Shown: positions 27,275 to 41,269 of the stretch, in pieces | How positions within the stretch are numbered: the stretch's first letter is position 1 | Layout: each line of letters begins with the position of its first letter | From: the human T2T-CHM13v2.0 reference genome, Homo sapiens | Length of the DNA stretch: 64,000 bases | Assembly: GCF_009914755.1 (NCBI RefSeq) | Contig: NC_060925.1 | Direction: 5' to 3' (one strand) | Notes under the pieces: generated by a model | Told to the model about the DNA's origin: nothing | Database searches by the model: none | Seen by the model: only the letters and a program-made list of their open reading frames with translations | Position numbers and translations under genes: made by a program

Positions 27275-28087
27275 TATGGAGCCCCCTGGGCCATTATAAA
27301 GACTTTGACCTTTATTTGAATGAGATAGAAAGTGATTGGCTGATTCTGAGCAGAGGAGTGACATGATCTGACTTTCATTTTGGAAGAACCACTTGGGTTA
27401 CTATTTTGTAATTCGACTACAGGAGGGAAAAGGAGGATGCAGAAGACAAGCTGGACTATTTCGATAATCCATGTGAGAGGTGACGATGATTTAACCTAGG
27501 GCAAGTTAGTATGAAATGGTCAGAGTCTGGATATATTTTGAGGCACAGTCAGCAGGAGTTTTCATCACTTTGGATGTGAGATTTGAAGAGGACAAAAAGG
27601 ACTGGAAGATGATTACAAGATTTGAGAGCTGAGCAACTACACAGATGAAGTGGCATTCACTGAGCAGGGAAGACTAAAGTGGAGACAGATTGGAGAGGGT
27701 AAGTGGGATAAGGCAAAAGACCATGAATTTAGTTAGCTGGGGACACTTTAAGTTTGAGATGTTTATTAGACTGCCAGGTAGAGATAGCAAACAGGCAGTT
27801 GGGTATGAGTCTGGAGTTCAGAAGAAAGGAACACCTACTTGAAGATCTAGAAATGATAGCATGAGAGATGAAGAGTGTAAAGGAATTTTGGATGTGAGGT
27901 AATTATGCTAAATCTTTCGTTGCAAGGAATTAACAAATACTGTTTAAGTTTGAGAGGTTAAGTGACATGATATAAGCATATAATTAGAGTTATGGTAAAA
28001 ATAGTTTAGTACCTAAATAAAAAAAATAGTCAAAAATAAAGAAAATATAGGTTAGTACCTAAATAAAAAATAGTCAAAATTTGTTTA

Positions 28088-28405
28088 TGGTAAGTGAAAT
28101 AAGTCAGTCACAAAAAGACAAATATTATATGATTCCATTTATCTGACATACCTAAAACAGTCAAACTCATAGAGACAGAAAGTAGAGTGCTGACTACCAG
28201 GGGCTAGTACCAGGGATGAATGGGAAGCTTTGTCCCATGGATACAAAGTTTCAGTTTGGGAAAACGAAAAAAGTTGTGGAGATGAATGTGGTGATAGGTA
28301 CAATAATGTGAATATACTTAATGCCACTGAACTGGACACTTAAAAGTGGCAAATGGTAAATTTTATGTTATGTATATTTACCACAATAAAATTAAAAAAT
28401 ATATA
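28088..28405 (+). mobile_element. L1MB-like 3' end
   Basis: 'taagtgaaataagtcagtcacaaaaagacaaata...aatgccactgaactg...accacaataaaa'. Confidence 0.85.
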
Positions 28406-29633
28406 TTTTAACTCACATACTAATCACACACACAAATAAATAAATTATTATCCCATGAGACAGGATGAGAAGGGAGGGAGGAAGAAAGACTTGCTCTTTT
28501 TATTTTGTACTTTACTGTAGTGTTTGCATTCTTTAATAATATGCACACATTATTTTCATATTTAAAAATAAAATATTTTAAAAGAATGGGTATGAAAGGG
28601 AAGAATTTCAATCCATGTTTCTGCTTGACTTGCACTCAAATTCTCAAAACACCATTTTATAGAAACTGATTTCCAAGAAGTCATCAAAGCCCTTTTTATT
28701 ATTATTATTATTACTAGAAGCCATTCCGTTGGAATCAAACACTTGTGTTTTTCCGATGGAGCTGGAATTCAAAGTCTGAGAGGGTAAGTCCATTTGGAAA
28801 CCTACTCAGCACAGCCTTTGAACTGCTGCGTTTTCCAGGGCTTCGCACACATCCCTCATCCAACTGGCTTCCCATCCAAGACATCGTCAAGCAGCCAGTA
28901 TTTACTGACCTGCCCACAGGGGTGCCCTGAGCCTGCTGGAACATGCCCAGTAATCGAAGCCTACCCACCAGTGAAGTCGACCTCAGGAAAATCCCAGACT
29001 GCAGCTGTCCGTCACCTGGGCTCCAACCAGCAAGCTGAAGGATGCCAATATGGAGGCCTCGAAGAAGGCCTTCACATCTCACAGAATTTACTAGAAACTC
29101 TAGATTCCTGTCAGAGGACTCTAGCATGTCAGACTTGGAAGAGATCTCAGAAATCATGTTGTAAAACTGTTTCATTTTATAGAGGGAGAAATGAGGCCCA
29201 AATATGCACCATCATGGAGCCCAGACCCAAACATAGGTGTGAATAGCAGGAAACATGCCACGTTCTAGATTTAAGTCTGAAAGCGTCTTCCATAGTGTCA
29301 GGCCTGTCCTTTTTCGGGTTAGGTTGAGTAATAGATGGTGGTTAGGGAAATAGGAAGAAGTGAGGAGGCAGGAAGGAATACACATAGTTTTAGTTACCTT
29401 GGCAGATGTGATAATAGCATGAGAAGTAAGCCAGAACTCGTAGATTGGCCATGATGTCATTCAATTGATGGGTGAGTTCTTTGCTCTGCCAGACGTTGCT
29501 TTACGTGCTGTGGATGTGGAATTGAATCAGACATGGCCTTGCCCTTGAAACATTCATGGTCCAGCCGACCAGATGGTAACCAGGGTTGCTAATAGAGACA
29601 GTTACAGCACAGTGTGATAAGCATGAGATAGAG

Positions 29634-29795
29634 CAGTATTTCCTAAACTTTTCTGATCATTCGAATTGGCCACCTCAGACTTACTGAGTTAGATTGTTTA
29701 GGAGAAGGAGCAGATAATCTGCATTTTTACCAGGACGCACTCCCCCAACACCCCAAGTGATTCTCATGATCAGTCACACTGGCTTTGAAATTGTT
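29634..29795. mobile_element. MER5-like MITE
   Basis: 'cagtatttcctaaact...aatctgcatttttacc'. Confidence 0.5.
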
Positions 29796-30399
29796 TAGAG
29801 CTGGATCCAATTCTGGTTCAGGCCAATGGTGTTAACTCCCTAACAAAATTGCTCCCTGGACATTTATCTTTTTTCTGTTCCTAGATTCCTTAAGACTACA
29901 CCTTTCCATCCCATCAAGACCCAGGACCACTTTGTACTGCTGTATAATTATGTTCAGCACAGACACATTAGCTGAGGAGCTGAATGCTTGCTGAGATCCA
30001 GTCCACACTGTACTAATTCTTCTGCTCAGAAGAATTTTTGAATCCAAACACTCAGCCTTGATTCTTTTGAGCTGTGTTCTTCCAGAGGGAGTAAACTTAT
30101 ACGATTCATCTGCCCAAACGGAGCATTTTTTTCTAATTCATACAAAGGCACCAAATAGACCAGCAGGACCCTGAAAGAACCATTTCCAGATATAAGGTCC
30201 TTAACACAGGTGTGTGCTGGTACCTGTACCTACCACCACTCCCAGATTTTCTTGCCACACTGGACTACTTCCACCTCTTCAGTGCCTGCACCAGCCTAAT
30301 GTGGTGGTAGCCCCTGATCTGAGTCCTTGCCCATCCTCTCAGACCTGGAAGAAAGGAGGGACTATCCCAAATACTGTTTGTTCCATGCCTGGAACAAGA

Positions 30400-30775
30400 G
30401 GCAGTGTAGCTTGTCATTAACAATATGAGCTTTGGAGTCAGGCCTGAGTTCAGTTCTCAACTTAAGCTTTACTGTGCGACATGAACAAATTAAGTATATC
30501 TGTATAATGTAGATTTAAATTTCCTATGCATAACTTTATTGTAAGGTTGAACAAGATAATGCATGTGAAAGTTCTTAGCGATAATGAGCTTCTGTTTTCT
30601 GGGTGCTATCTCATTCAATATGAGCTTCACCTCAACACCTTTAGATAGCTATTATTATGATTATCCCCATTTTACAGATGAAGAAAATGAGTGTTGGGGT
30701 GAGATAGAGGAAAGTGTTACAGAGCTGATCTCTAAACCCAGTTGTAATTTTCCAATCCCTGTTCTTTCTTTCGAC
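30400..30775. mobile_element. Two MIR relics in opposite orientation (+ ~30400-30580, - ~30590-30775)
   Basis: 'gctttggagtcagg...' followed by 'atccccattttacagatgaagaaa'. Confidence 0.6.
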
Positions 30776-31619
30776 TTTTGCCTCTAGATCCAGACATTAA
30801 CTCTTATCAGGGTTCCAGGTCTAAGGAGTGAAAAGATAAGATTTCACCCTCAATTTATAAATGTACCCAGGTTAGGCCTAGCAACACAGGTAGTATGCAA
30901 AATAGGCTTTGATATCTTGAATGCCAACTCAAATCTGTTAGTAATTACTGCCCAGAGGACCATGTTACGGAGCATCACAAGGGCAAGTCAGGGTTCATAG
31001 AGCATCATGATTGATTAATGATGCCAGCCATGGGAATGGGATCCAGGAATGACACCAGGTCCTACAGAAGACTTCCCATCCCTTTAAGATTTCAAAGTAT
31101 ACCCAAAGCCAAGCATGCTTGATAAAAAGGGAGATCTAAGGGCACTAAATAAAGCTGTTAAAGACCATTAACACCTTATTAAGACCCTTTCCCAGATGCA
31201 GCCAGAAACAGTCAAAGAACATAGAATGTGGGAACATTTTGGAGAGAAAGCATGGAGCTGTCTGAAGCATTTTTTCAAGGAGCAAAAACTCAGTTCTATT
31301 TTCAAGGCTTTAATTCTAAGCTCCATCTACATGAACATCAGGTAATGGAGGGAGGTCATTGTGGAATTTGGAAACCTACTTCTCACTAGAAGCTGATATG
31401 TGACCTTGGGCAATTAATTTAAGCTCTCAAAACCTCAGGTGTTTCATCTGTAAAATGTGGATAATAATCTCTATCTCATAGTCCTTGGCAGGTATTAAAT
31501 AGAATAAATAACGTAAAGAAGCTACAAAGAACCCCACCCAAAGGAGATGTTTGAAAGCATTCATTCCCCACTCCTTTTTCTCCCTCAGAAAGAACATGGT
31601 GACACACTGTTTGTAAGTC

Positions 31620-31840
31620 AGGCATAATTTACATATAGTAGTAAGATTCATACATTTTAGGTGAACTGTTCTACACGTTTTGACAAACATATGCAGCCAT
31701 GTAACCACTACCACAGTAGATACAGAATGCTGCCATCACCCCAGAAAGTCACTTCACACCTCTTTCCAGTCAATCCCTTGCACCTACCTCCAACCCTTGG
31801 CAAACACTGATCTTAACTCTGTTCCTATAGTTTTGCTTTT
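31620..31840 (-). mobile_element. L1MB/MC 3' fragment
   Basis: 'ttttgacaaacatatgcagccatgtaaccac...ccttggcaaacactgatct'. Confidence 0.7.
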
Positions 31841-32811
31841 TTATTACAACCCATTTTAAAAGCATAAATCCAAACAGCAAATAATTCTCCGGAGTTTTTC
31901 CTTCACATCCTACTCAAAAATAGCTCAGCTCTGACGGCAAGCTCTCTGTTCCAGGAAAATTCTTCATTAAATAAATGAATTCCATGTGCATATTAAAAAG
32001 ACATTCTGCTTCATATTCCTTCTATTTATAACCAGAGTTCAACCACTGGGGGCCCCAGGAGCCTGTCAGGGTCTCTGTGTGCTCTTTAGCTCACACTCTC
32101 TACTCCCTGCTCCAGCCCAACTGCATATCTGGCTCCAGGCCCAGGTGGCAGGAAAACCAAGGTGCCAAAAGGGGCTTGTGGAAGTGTGCCCTGAGGAGGT
32201 ATGCTCCCCAAACTTTTGGTGCAAACTTCAGGATGTCCTGCAATTCCTTGGGGAATACGTGCCATGTATTAATTACTAACAGCATGGAGAAGAAAGGAAT
32301 CAGTCTAGAAACAAGAACAAAGGGAGGGGTGGAAAGGGTTAGGTGGTTTCTAAAGTCTTTCCCTGCAGAGAAGTCCCATGACCCAAGTAGATCATACAAT
32401 AATTCCTGCGGCCACCGCCCCCTCCTCACCTTCATGTGCCAAATACCATGATCGGCACAAGAATTAAAAGTGAACAAATAGAAAAAAATAATAATAATTA
32501 TACTTAATTTTTGCCCATAGATAACTTACTGCCTAATCGAGAAACAAAACATGCACAGAAGGATGTGGTTGAGTAGAGGAGAAATAGCATGGAGTATTGA
32601 ACTAGAGGAAACAGGGTTTTAACCTGAATAGTCGTTTGCTTGTTGTGTGACCTTGGATATGGTGCGTCTCTCCTCTGAGCCTCAAAGTTTCCATCTATAA
32701 GCTAGAAATTACATCCACCCTCAGAGGAGTGTTATGTGGACTAAATAAGGTTATGGCTATAAATCACTTAGCCCAGTACCTGTCATGTTTTAGCTCAAGA
32801 AAGGGTAGGTT

Positions 32812-33154
<343 letters not shown>

Positions 33155-33155
33155 C

Positions 33156-33713
33156 TATATTAGTCTGGGTTCTCCAGAGAAACAAAACCAACAGGAGATA
33201 GATGGATGGATAGATAGATAATAGATAAACAGACAGACAGTGTGTATGAGTGTGTAAAGAGACTTATAAGAAATTGGCTCACATGATTTGAAAGCCAAGA
33301 AGCCCCAAGATCTGAAGTCAGTGAGCTGGATTCCCAGGAAATTCAATAGTGTGGTTCTAGTCTGAGTCTGAGGGCCTGAGAACTAGGAGAGTGAATGGCG
33401 TAAGTTCCAGTCTGAAAGCCAACTCACGACTCAAGAGCTGAAGAGCCAGCTTTTCAGCTGGAGCCTGAAGGCAGGAAAAGATCAGTGTCTCAGCTCAAGT
33501 GCCAGGCAGGAGGCATTCCCTCATTCAGCCTTTCTGTTCTGTTCAGGTCTTCAATTGATTGGATGCATTCTGTCCGCTTTAGGGAGGGCCATCTACTTTA
33601 CTCAGGCTACCAATTCTAAAGTTAATTTCATCCAGAAACACCCTCACAGACACCCCCAGAATAATGTCTGTTCAAATATCCGGTCTGGTCAAGTTGACAC
33701 ATAAAACATCACA
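33156..33713 (-). mobile_element. MLT2 (ERVL) solo LTR with internal GATA/GACA microsatellite
   Basis: 'tattagtctgggttctccagaga...caagttgacacataaa'. Confidence 0.85.
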
Positions 33714-34039
33714 ACCTCCAAGAAAGGAATTGGTATTCTAAAAGGGATTCGGAGAGAGGCCTATAGCATTTTGAATGAAAAAAGGTTACTTCTGGCTGCG
33801 TGGTGTAGAGGAGTTGATATTCGAACCTTTTTTTTTTCCATAATTGCAGCTGTACCATCTACCAAGAACCTGCCCATTCTAGAGGAAAGGCCTGGGTTTA
33901 AGTCTCATTCACTCCTTGTCAGTCTCAGCTTCATCTCAACATGCGACCCCTCATTTTTTACCTTGCTTTATAGTCCCTGTTTCAATTCTACTAGTCTGTA
34001 GTCTTGATGCCACTGTCCATGATTGATGCAGGCTCGGTG

Positions 34040-34364
<325 letters not shown>

Positions 34365-34649
34365 TAGAGGTTCAGGAGATACTGGTTGAGTGACTGAAAT
34401 CTAATTCAACCATTTCATGCAACAGATAAAGCAACTAAGGCTGCAGTCCAGTGTGTTTGTTCATTCAGCATCTGATGAGCCCTTGCCATGTTCTGCAACA
34501 ACCTATCAGGGTAAATATGTAGAAATAAGCAAGACATCATATATACCCCATGAAAGCTCAGGCTGGCACAAGGGAGGCAAATGAGAAAGGGGGAACGCCC
34601 GTGTGCAGGGCTCTTACTTATATCACTTCACCTTCTATTCCTAATGTCC

Positions 34650-35040
34650 ATTCATTCATTCATTTACCTAAAAATATTTATTGAGCATTAACAGTTCTAG
34701 GAATTGTCCTAGGTTCTAGGGATACTACAGTGAACAAATGAGGAATAGCTATCATTATAGAGTTCACAGTCTGGTGGGTGACACAGACAAACAGAATGAA
34801 AAAAAAATAGTCAATTATGAAAATGACAATATTTGCAAAATGCAGAGGAATCAAGAAAGGAAAAAAATATATAATCTGCCTGGGGAAGTCAGGAAAAGTT
34901 TAATAGTAACTGATCTGAGAATTGAAGGAAGAGTGTGTGTTCTCCAATCAGACATATAAGGAATACTGTGGATACTGGATATGCATCTTAGGCCATGAGA
35001 ATGGCCTATACAAAATCTTGCCAACATGGGAGAACATAAA
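34650..35040 (-). mobile_element. L2 relic
   Basis: 'cattcattcattcattt...atatttattgagca...gggatactacagtgaacaa'. Confidence 0.7.
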
Positions 35041-36146
35041 CAAATAAAAGCTTTTGTGTGTGTGTATTGAAGTTCTTTACAATTTAATTTTTCCCAAAAC
35101 ATTATGTTAAAACATATGACCATAAACCTTCGCACACCACAATCGACCTCTGATTCTTTATTTGCAGACAGCTGGTTAAGTGTAACTCTTTGTGTCTGAC
35201 ATTCAACAGCTTTCAACATTCATTGTCAGAAAATCATGTCAGGTTGGGATATAACGGCTGGGTCAAGGAATGCTGGTGGGCAGAGGAGACTTCTTCACCA
35301 CCACTATGTATATCTTTATGGCCCTGTGGCTATTTGCCTCAACCAGTCATTACTACCTCTCTTGGATGAAATCCTGCTTTCAAGGATCATAGGCATGGAA
35401 AACTATCTGAGAGCTGATTTGGAGCCTCGGTGCTGCTCCTTACTTGTTCTGTTACCACATTCAAAACAACCTCATTGACCCTCAGTTTTATCAATTAATT
35501 TTTCACAGACATGGAAACTGAGGCCTAAGAGTGATAAAATGATATGCTCAGAGTCACACAGATAGGATCAGATTATGGTCCAGAGCTCAGCAAACACAGC
35601 TCCTCACTCTATCAATTCCCTTCTAGTATCAGAGGTAACTACAGTTCAACCGCATTTAAAAAAGGATGTGTTAATATTAATTAGGCCATTAAGCCTTATT
35701 CTGCTGTTTCTAGACTTAAATGTTTCCTCAGTTCCTCCTTCAACAACCACAAAATAAAATCCCTTCTACTTACATGGCATTCAACATTCTTCACTCTCTG
35801 TCTTCTTCCTACCCCTTCAGCCTTAGTGACATTCACCCCCCAATCTCAGCACCAAATATTGCATGTTTTGCCCCTTAAATCCCAAATTATCTACTGTAGA
35901 TAATAGATGTATAGTTCCTCAGTTTCCTAATCTGTAAAAATAAGAGGTTTGACAAAGGACTAAAAGAGTCCTAAAGAAACTATGGGGATATCTACTTCTG
36001 GCCAAAATGGAGTAAGAGGGACCAGCTTTATTCTCCTACCTGAAACAACTGAGAAATCAAACAACAACAACAACAACAACAAAAACAATGGTTCTCAAGA
36101 CATTGGACACTTCGGCAACGTAAGTCAATGATTCCTGCAAGACAGC

Positions 36147-36565
36147 TATATTAGGCTGTTCTTGCACTGATATAAAGAAATACCTGAGACTAGGTAATTT
36201 ATATGAAAAGAGGTTAAATTGGTTCATGATTCTGCAGACTGTACAGGAAGCATAGCAGCATCTGCTTCTGAGGAGGCCTTGGGAAGCTTCCAGTCACAGT
36301 GGAAACCAAAGGGGGAGCAGCCCCACTACCTGGCAGGAGGAGGAGCGAGAGAGAGAGTGGAGGGGAAGGTGCCACACACTTCTAAGTGACCAGACCTCAT
36401 GAGAACTCACTCACTATCATGAGGACAGCATCAAGGGGACGGTGCTAAACCATCCATGAAAAATCTACCCCCAAGATCCAATCAGTCCCACCAGGCCTCA
36501 CCTCCAACACTGGGGATTACGTTTCAATATGAGATTTGGGTAGGGTAAACATCCAAACTATATCA
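36147..36565 (-). mobile_element. MSTA-like MaLR solo LTR
   Basis: 'tattaggctgttcttgca...gagatttggg...catccaaactatatca'; 5-bp TSD acagc / acagg. Confidence 0.9.
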
Positions 36566-37402
36566 ACAGGAAAAGAAGGTACGTCTTATGATTGCCCCAG
36601 TTTACAGCCTTGAGTGAATTTCTAGGCCACAGCATAGGATGCGGCACCCAGATGGAGGCTAGCGGACACCCTGATTTGAGGAGACAAAACTGATAGTCTA
36701 GGCAGACCAAGGCGACTAGGGTTCGAGGGGTAGTATTCTAGAAAGAAAGGCCAATGAGAGAGGGAACTCCTGAGATGTGCTCTCAGTTCCCCTTAAGTAT
36801 TCAGTTGATACTGCATCTTAGGCCATGAGAATAACCTATATAAAATGTTGCCAACAAGGAAGAACATAAACAAATAACAGCTTTTTTTGTGATGAAATTC
36901 TCTACAATTTAATTTTTCTTTACAAGCAGCATGTGCATGTAAAGAAAACTACCTGAGACAGGAGGAAGGGACCTCAATCTATTATGAGAAAAAAAATCAA
37001 TCAAATGACAGTAACCCAGATGACAGAATAAACAGACGAGGGCATTAAAACAGCTATTGAAAGGGTATTCTGTATGCTCAAGAAGCCAGAGGAAAGGTCA
37101 AACACGTTAAGTAGAGACATGAAAGATGTAAAAAGACCCAAATTGAACTATAACATCTGAGCTGAAAAACGAACTGTGTGGTTTAATGGCAAATCCAACC
37201 CTGAAAAAGACAGTGAATATGCAGATTATCCAAAACAAAACATAGAGAGAAGAAAAAACTCAAAAAAAAAAAAGAATGAATCATCACTAAGTTATGTGAG
37301 AAGACCATTTAGAGAATGGAAAAATAAACCACAGACTAGGAGAAAATATTTTCATAATTTATAAAGAATTCTCAAAACTCAGTAATGAAAAAAATCAAAC
37401 CA

Positions 37403-37687
<285 letters not shown>

Positions 37688-38326
37688 TTATATTTGAACA
37701 CTCTACCAAAAACAAGATATACGAATGGCAAATAAGCACATGCAAAGATGCTCAACATCGTTAGTCATTAGGAAAATGCAAATGAAAGCACAGTAAGATA
37801 TGCTAATCACCTACTAGAATATCTAAATGTTTAAAGACTAACATACCAAGTGCCAGAGAAAATATGGAGCAAGTAGAGCTCTCATACATTGTTGGGAGAA
37901 GCATAAAATGTTACTATCAGTTTGGAAAACAGTTTGACATCTTTGTAAAGTTAAACACACCTCTGTCATGTGGCCCAGCCATTCTACTCCTAGGGATTTA
38001 ACTAAGAGAACTGAAAGCGTATGTCCATACAAACACTATTGTTCCTAACAGCTTTATTTGTAATGCCTAAAAGTTAGACACAACTAAAATGTTCATCAGC
38101 AGGTAAATGGATCCGTGAATATGGTATATCCATATAATGAAATAGTATTCCAATAAAAAGAAGGAACTATTCATACATAGAATAACATGGTAAACCTCAA
38201 AATAATTATGCTGATTAAAAAGAGCAAAATTTAAAAAGAATATTTACTGTTTGATTTTGTTTATGTAAAATGCTAGAAATACAAAATAATCTACAGTAAC
38301 AGAAGGCAGATCCATGGTTGCCTGAA

Positions 38327-38558
38327 GATGGAGATGGGGATGGGGATGGGGATGAGGATGGAGATGGATTTGGGGACAGGGATGGGGGTGAAAATGAGGA
38401 CAGGCTGGGGAAGGGGATGGGGATGGAGATGTGAATGGGAGTGGGGATGGGAATGGGAGTGGGGATGCAAATGGAGATGCAAATGGGGATGGGGTGGAAA
38501 TGTAGATGGGGATGGGAATGGAGATGAAAACGGGGATGTGGATGGGGATGGGAATGAG
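38327..38558 (+). repeat. Degenerate (GGGGAT/GGAGAT)n hexamer expansion within an L1 3'UTR
   Basis: Directly visible G-rich hexamer periodicity. Confidence 0.9.
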
Positions 38559-38929
38559 GTTGGAGGAAGCAAGTAGAGAAGGACAGGAGAGGACCATCAA
38601 GGGGTACAGGGAAGCATATGGGAGTGATGGATATGCTCCCTATTTTAATTATTTTTGATAGTTTCATAGGTGTGTATATACACGTATCATATTGTATGCT
38701 TTCAATATGTGCAGTTTATTGTACATGAAGAAGAAGGAAGAGGAGGCAGCAGGGGATCAGGAAGAAGAAGCAATAGTAGCTATGATGCTAAGAGTCGCTC
38801 TTCTGCGTCATCCAGAGGCAAGCAAATAGTGTCTTCTGCCTTCTTTATGGCTCTCAGCTCCAGGCTAAAATTAGAATAATAGATAAAGCAACTATAGAAC
38901 AAGGCAGTTGTCCAGAATATTGATTTGGC

Positions 38930-39100
38930 AAACACTTTTCCAGTGCTTTCTGCTTGCCAGGCTCTCTACTAAGTGCTTTGCATTACTTATCTCACTTAAT
39001 TCTCTTATCAGTCCTCTGTGGTAAGTACTATTACTATCCTCGTTTTACAGATGAGGAAATAGACCAAAAGTGTTAAGTGCCATGTCCAGGGTTATATGGC
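38930..39100 (-). mobile_element. MIR relic
   Basis: 'tcctcgttttacagatgaggaaa'. Confidence 0.7.
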
Positions 39101-39865
39101 AAAGCCAAATTAAATAAAGTTATATAAAAGCAACTCATAGGGCCCAGGACAGAGCAGGCACTTTATAAATATGAGTTGAGACCACTCTACTTGGTATATG
39201 TCGGTGAAGGTGACCTTGTCCAGTGATTGAGAATGCAAACTCTGAAGTGGAACAACTTTGGTTCAAACCCATTCACCAGCTATGGGAACTTTGGCTTAGA
39301 ATTTCACTTCCTGTGCTGTTTCTTCATTTGTAAAACAGGGCCTGATTTAAAGGTTTAATGGAGTAATATGTATAAAAAATATGGAATGATAGTTGATAGG
39401 CAATAAATTCTCAAAATATGGCACTTATCACATTAGTTGAGTCTTGGTTTGTGCAGCATTTGTTGATTGATTGATGAGAGAAAACACATAGCAATGTTGT
39501 ACCATCCTCAATAAAATCCACTTGAGAACTCACCAAAATGGTAGTCATATTCTCATTTACTATGCTATTCAGAGCAAAAAAGAGATCTATCTTCCAAACA
39601 AAACCCATCATTTGTGTCCTAACAAATTTACTTCTCATCATCAATTCCTCTCTGGCCCTTCCTGGCCATCTCAGGACTCCCTCAACACCCTGTGAGTGAG
39701 CCTTAACCTGAGGTCACTTTCTCTTCCTGGACAGACTCCCATAAGCCAGTGCCTCTCTGCCTTCCACTTCTCTTCTTGAACATCCTCATCCTTGGGGCTC
39801 TTAAGCTCTCGGGATAAATGGTTCAGAGCCATCTGTGGTATGCTGTCCTCTTTGGACAGAGCTTG

Positions 39866-40239
39866 TAGCCTAACATTCTACTTTGCTCACTACACACCAG
39901 CCACATTAATGAGATGACTGTATTATTTTTCCATCCAGTAGAGATGCTTTAGGGAGTGCAAAATAGCCCTATTAATAAGGACTCTGGGTTTAAATGGGAC
40001 TATCCCCAGAAAACAGCCTATATCCTGTTCATATGACCACCTTCACAGACCTTCTCTCCATTCTTGGTTTGTGCAAAACTCCTTTGCAACTTCATGCATG
40101 CTGCTTTACTTAAGCAAGACATCCTTCCTCTCCCCTTTAATTCCACCACCTATGACTCATCCCATTTCACTTTCAATGACACTTTCAGGCACAGGCCCTC
40201 ACATCACCCTATATTCCTTTCTTATAGTACTTTTCATAA
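39866..40239 (+). repeat. Local direct duplication, copy 1 (of 41356-41728)
   Basis: Long shared identical runs, e.g. 'actttgctcactacacaccagccacattaatgagatgact'. Confidence 0.95.
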
Positions 40240-40332
40240 AACTGTTTCATAACTTATATAATGGCAAAGAACCCTAGCTTGGTGGCTCTTAGTACCAACC
40301 CTGTAACCTTTGACAAGTCACTTAATTATTTT

Positions 40333-40451
40333 CAGGCGCAGTGGCTCATGCTTATAATCCCAATGTTTTGGGGTACTGTGGTGGGAAGACTACTTGAGGC
40401 CAGGAGTTCAAGACCAGACTGAACAACATAGCAAGACCCCCACCTCTCCAA

Positions 40452-40486
<35 letters not shown>

Positions 40487-40488
40487 AA
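40333..40488 (+). mobile_element. FLAM / left Alu monomer with (TAAA)n tail, inserted in a MIR
   Basis: Monomer only; TSD-like aagtcacttaatt / aagttacttaatt. Confidence 0.85.
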
Positions 40489-41269
40489 AGTTACTTAATT
40501 CTCTGGGCCTCAGATTACACATGTGTTAAATGGTGATGATAATAGTGCCTATTTTGTGGGGTAATTTTGAAGGGTAAATGGAAAAAAATTTCCATAAATC
40601 ACTTAACACAGTCCTTTGGTAAGAAGAAAGCTCCTAACAAAGGTTTTTCTTGGGTTTGGTTGTTGTTATCACCATTGCATTTTCCAGTTTGCAGGGCCCT
40701 TTCACATTTGGTGTGTTCTTCCTGGTAAAGGACTAGGTTTGTCCTGTTAGAGAGTTGTCAAATGGACTCTGAGAAGTCAAGTGGCTTTACTCAGGTCACA
40801 GCTGGCAGGACCAGGGCCTGAATCCTAAATACTGATGCCACAGTGGGTTTCATTGCTGCTATTTTGACGTCCGTTCTAGCACTCAGTTCTACTGTTTCAT
40901 AGAGTAGGGAGATGTTGCTGTGAAGGCTTCACTTTACTTCAACATGCCTATATGAAAGTTGGCTAAGTGCTCAGAAAAGAAGTAGCTTTTGAACAGAATG
41001 CATTTATAGCTAAAGGCTTCCACACTGGGAGTCAGTGTCAGAGAGATTAAATACCTAGTCTTGGGAATGACATCTGGCTTTAAATCAGCACTCCGCCACT
41101 AATCATCATGTGGCCCTGGGCAAGTCCCTTGATCTGTACAAGGCTCAGTTTCCTTGTATATAAAGTGGAGATTGCAATGGCACCTCTGTCTTCTAAAGCA
41201 GATTGCATAATACAGGCATGTAGCAATACTAAATAAATGTTAACTAGTATTCTGATCTAATTTTTAAGC

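Larger units (their letters stand above)
26395..27830 (-). mobile_element. L2 relic carrying MER58A and MER5 insertions
   Basis: Starts 'tttatttaacaaatatttactgagtgactac'; 'gagcagaggagtgacatgatctgact'. Confidence 0.75.

Noticed and set aside
28735-29246. Overlapping 146-aa and 150-aa ORFs on opposite strands
   Set aside because: No recognisable protein; they extend into MIR-like sequence
38215-38667. His/Pro-rich and Gly/Trp-rich ORFs
   Set aside because: Artefacts of the hexamer repeat
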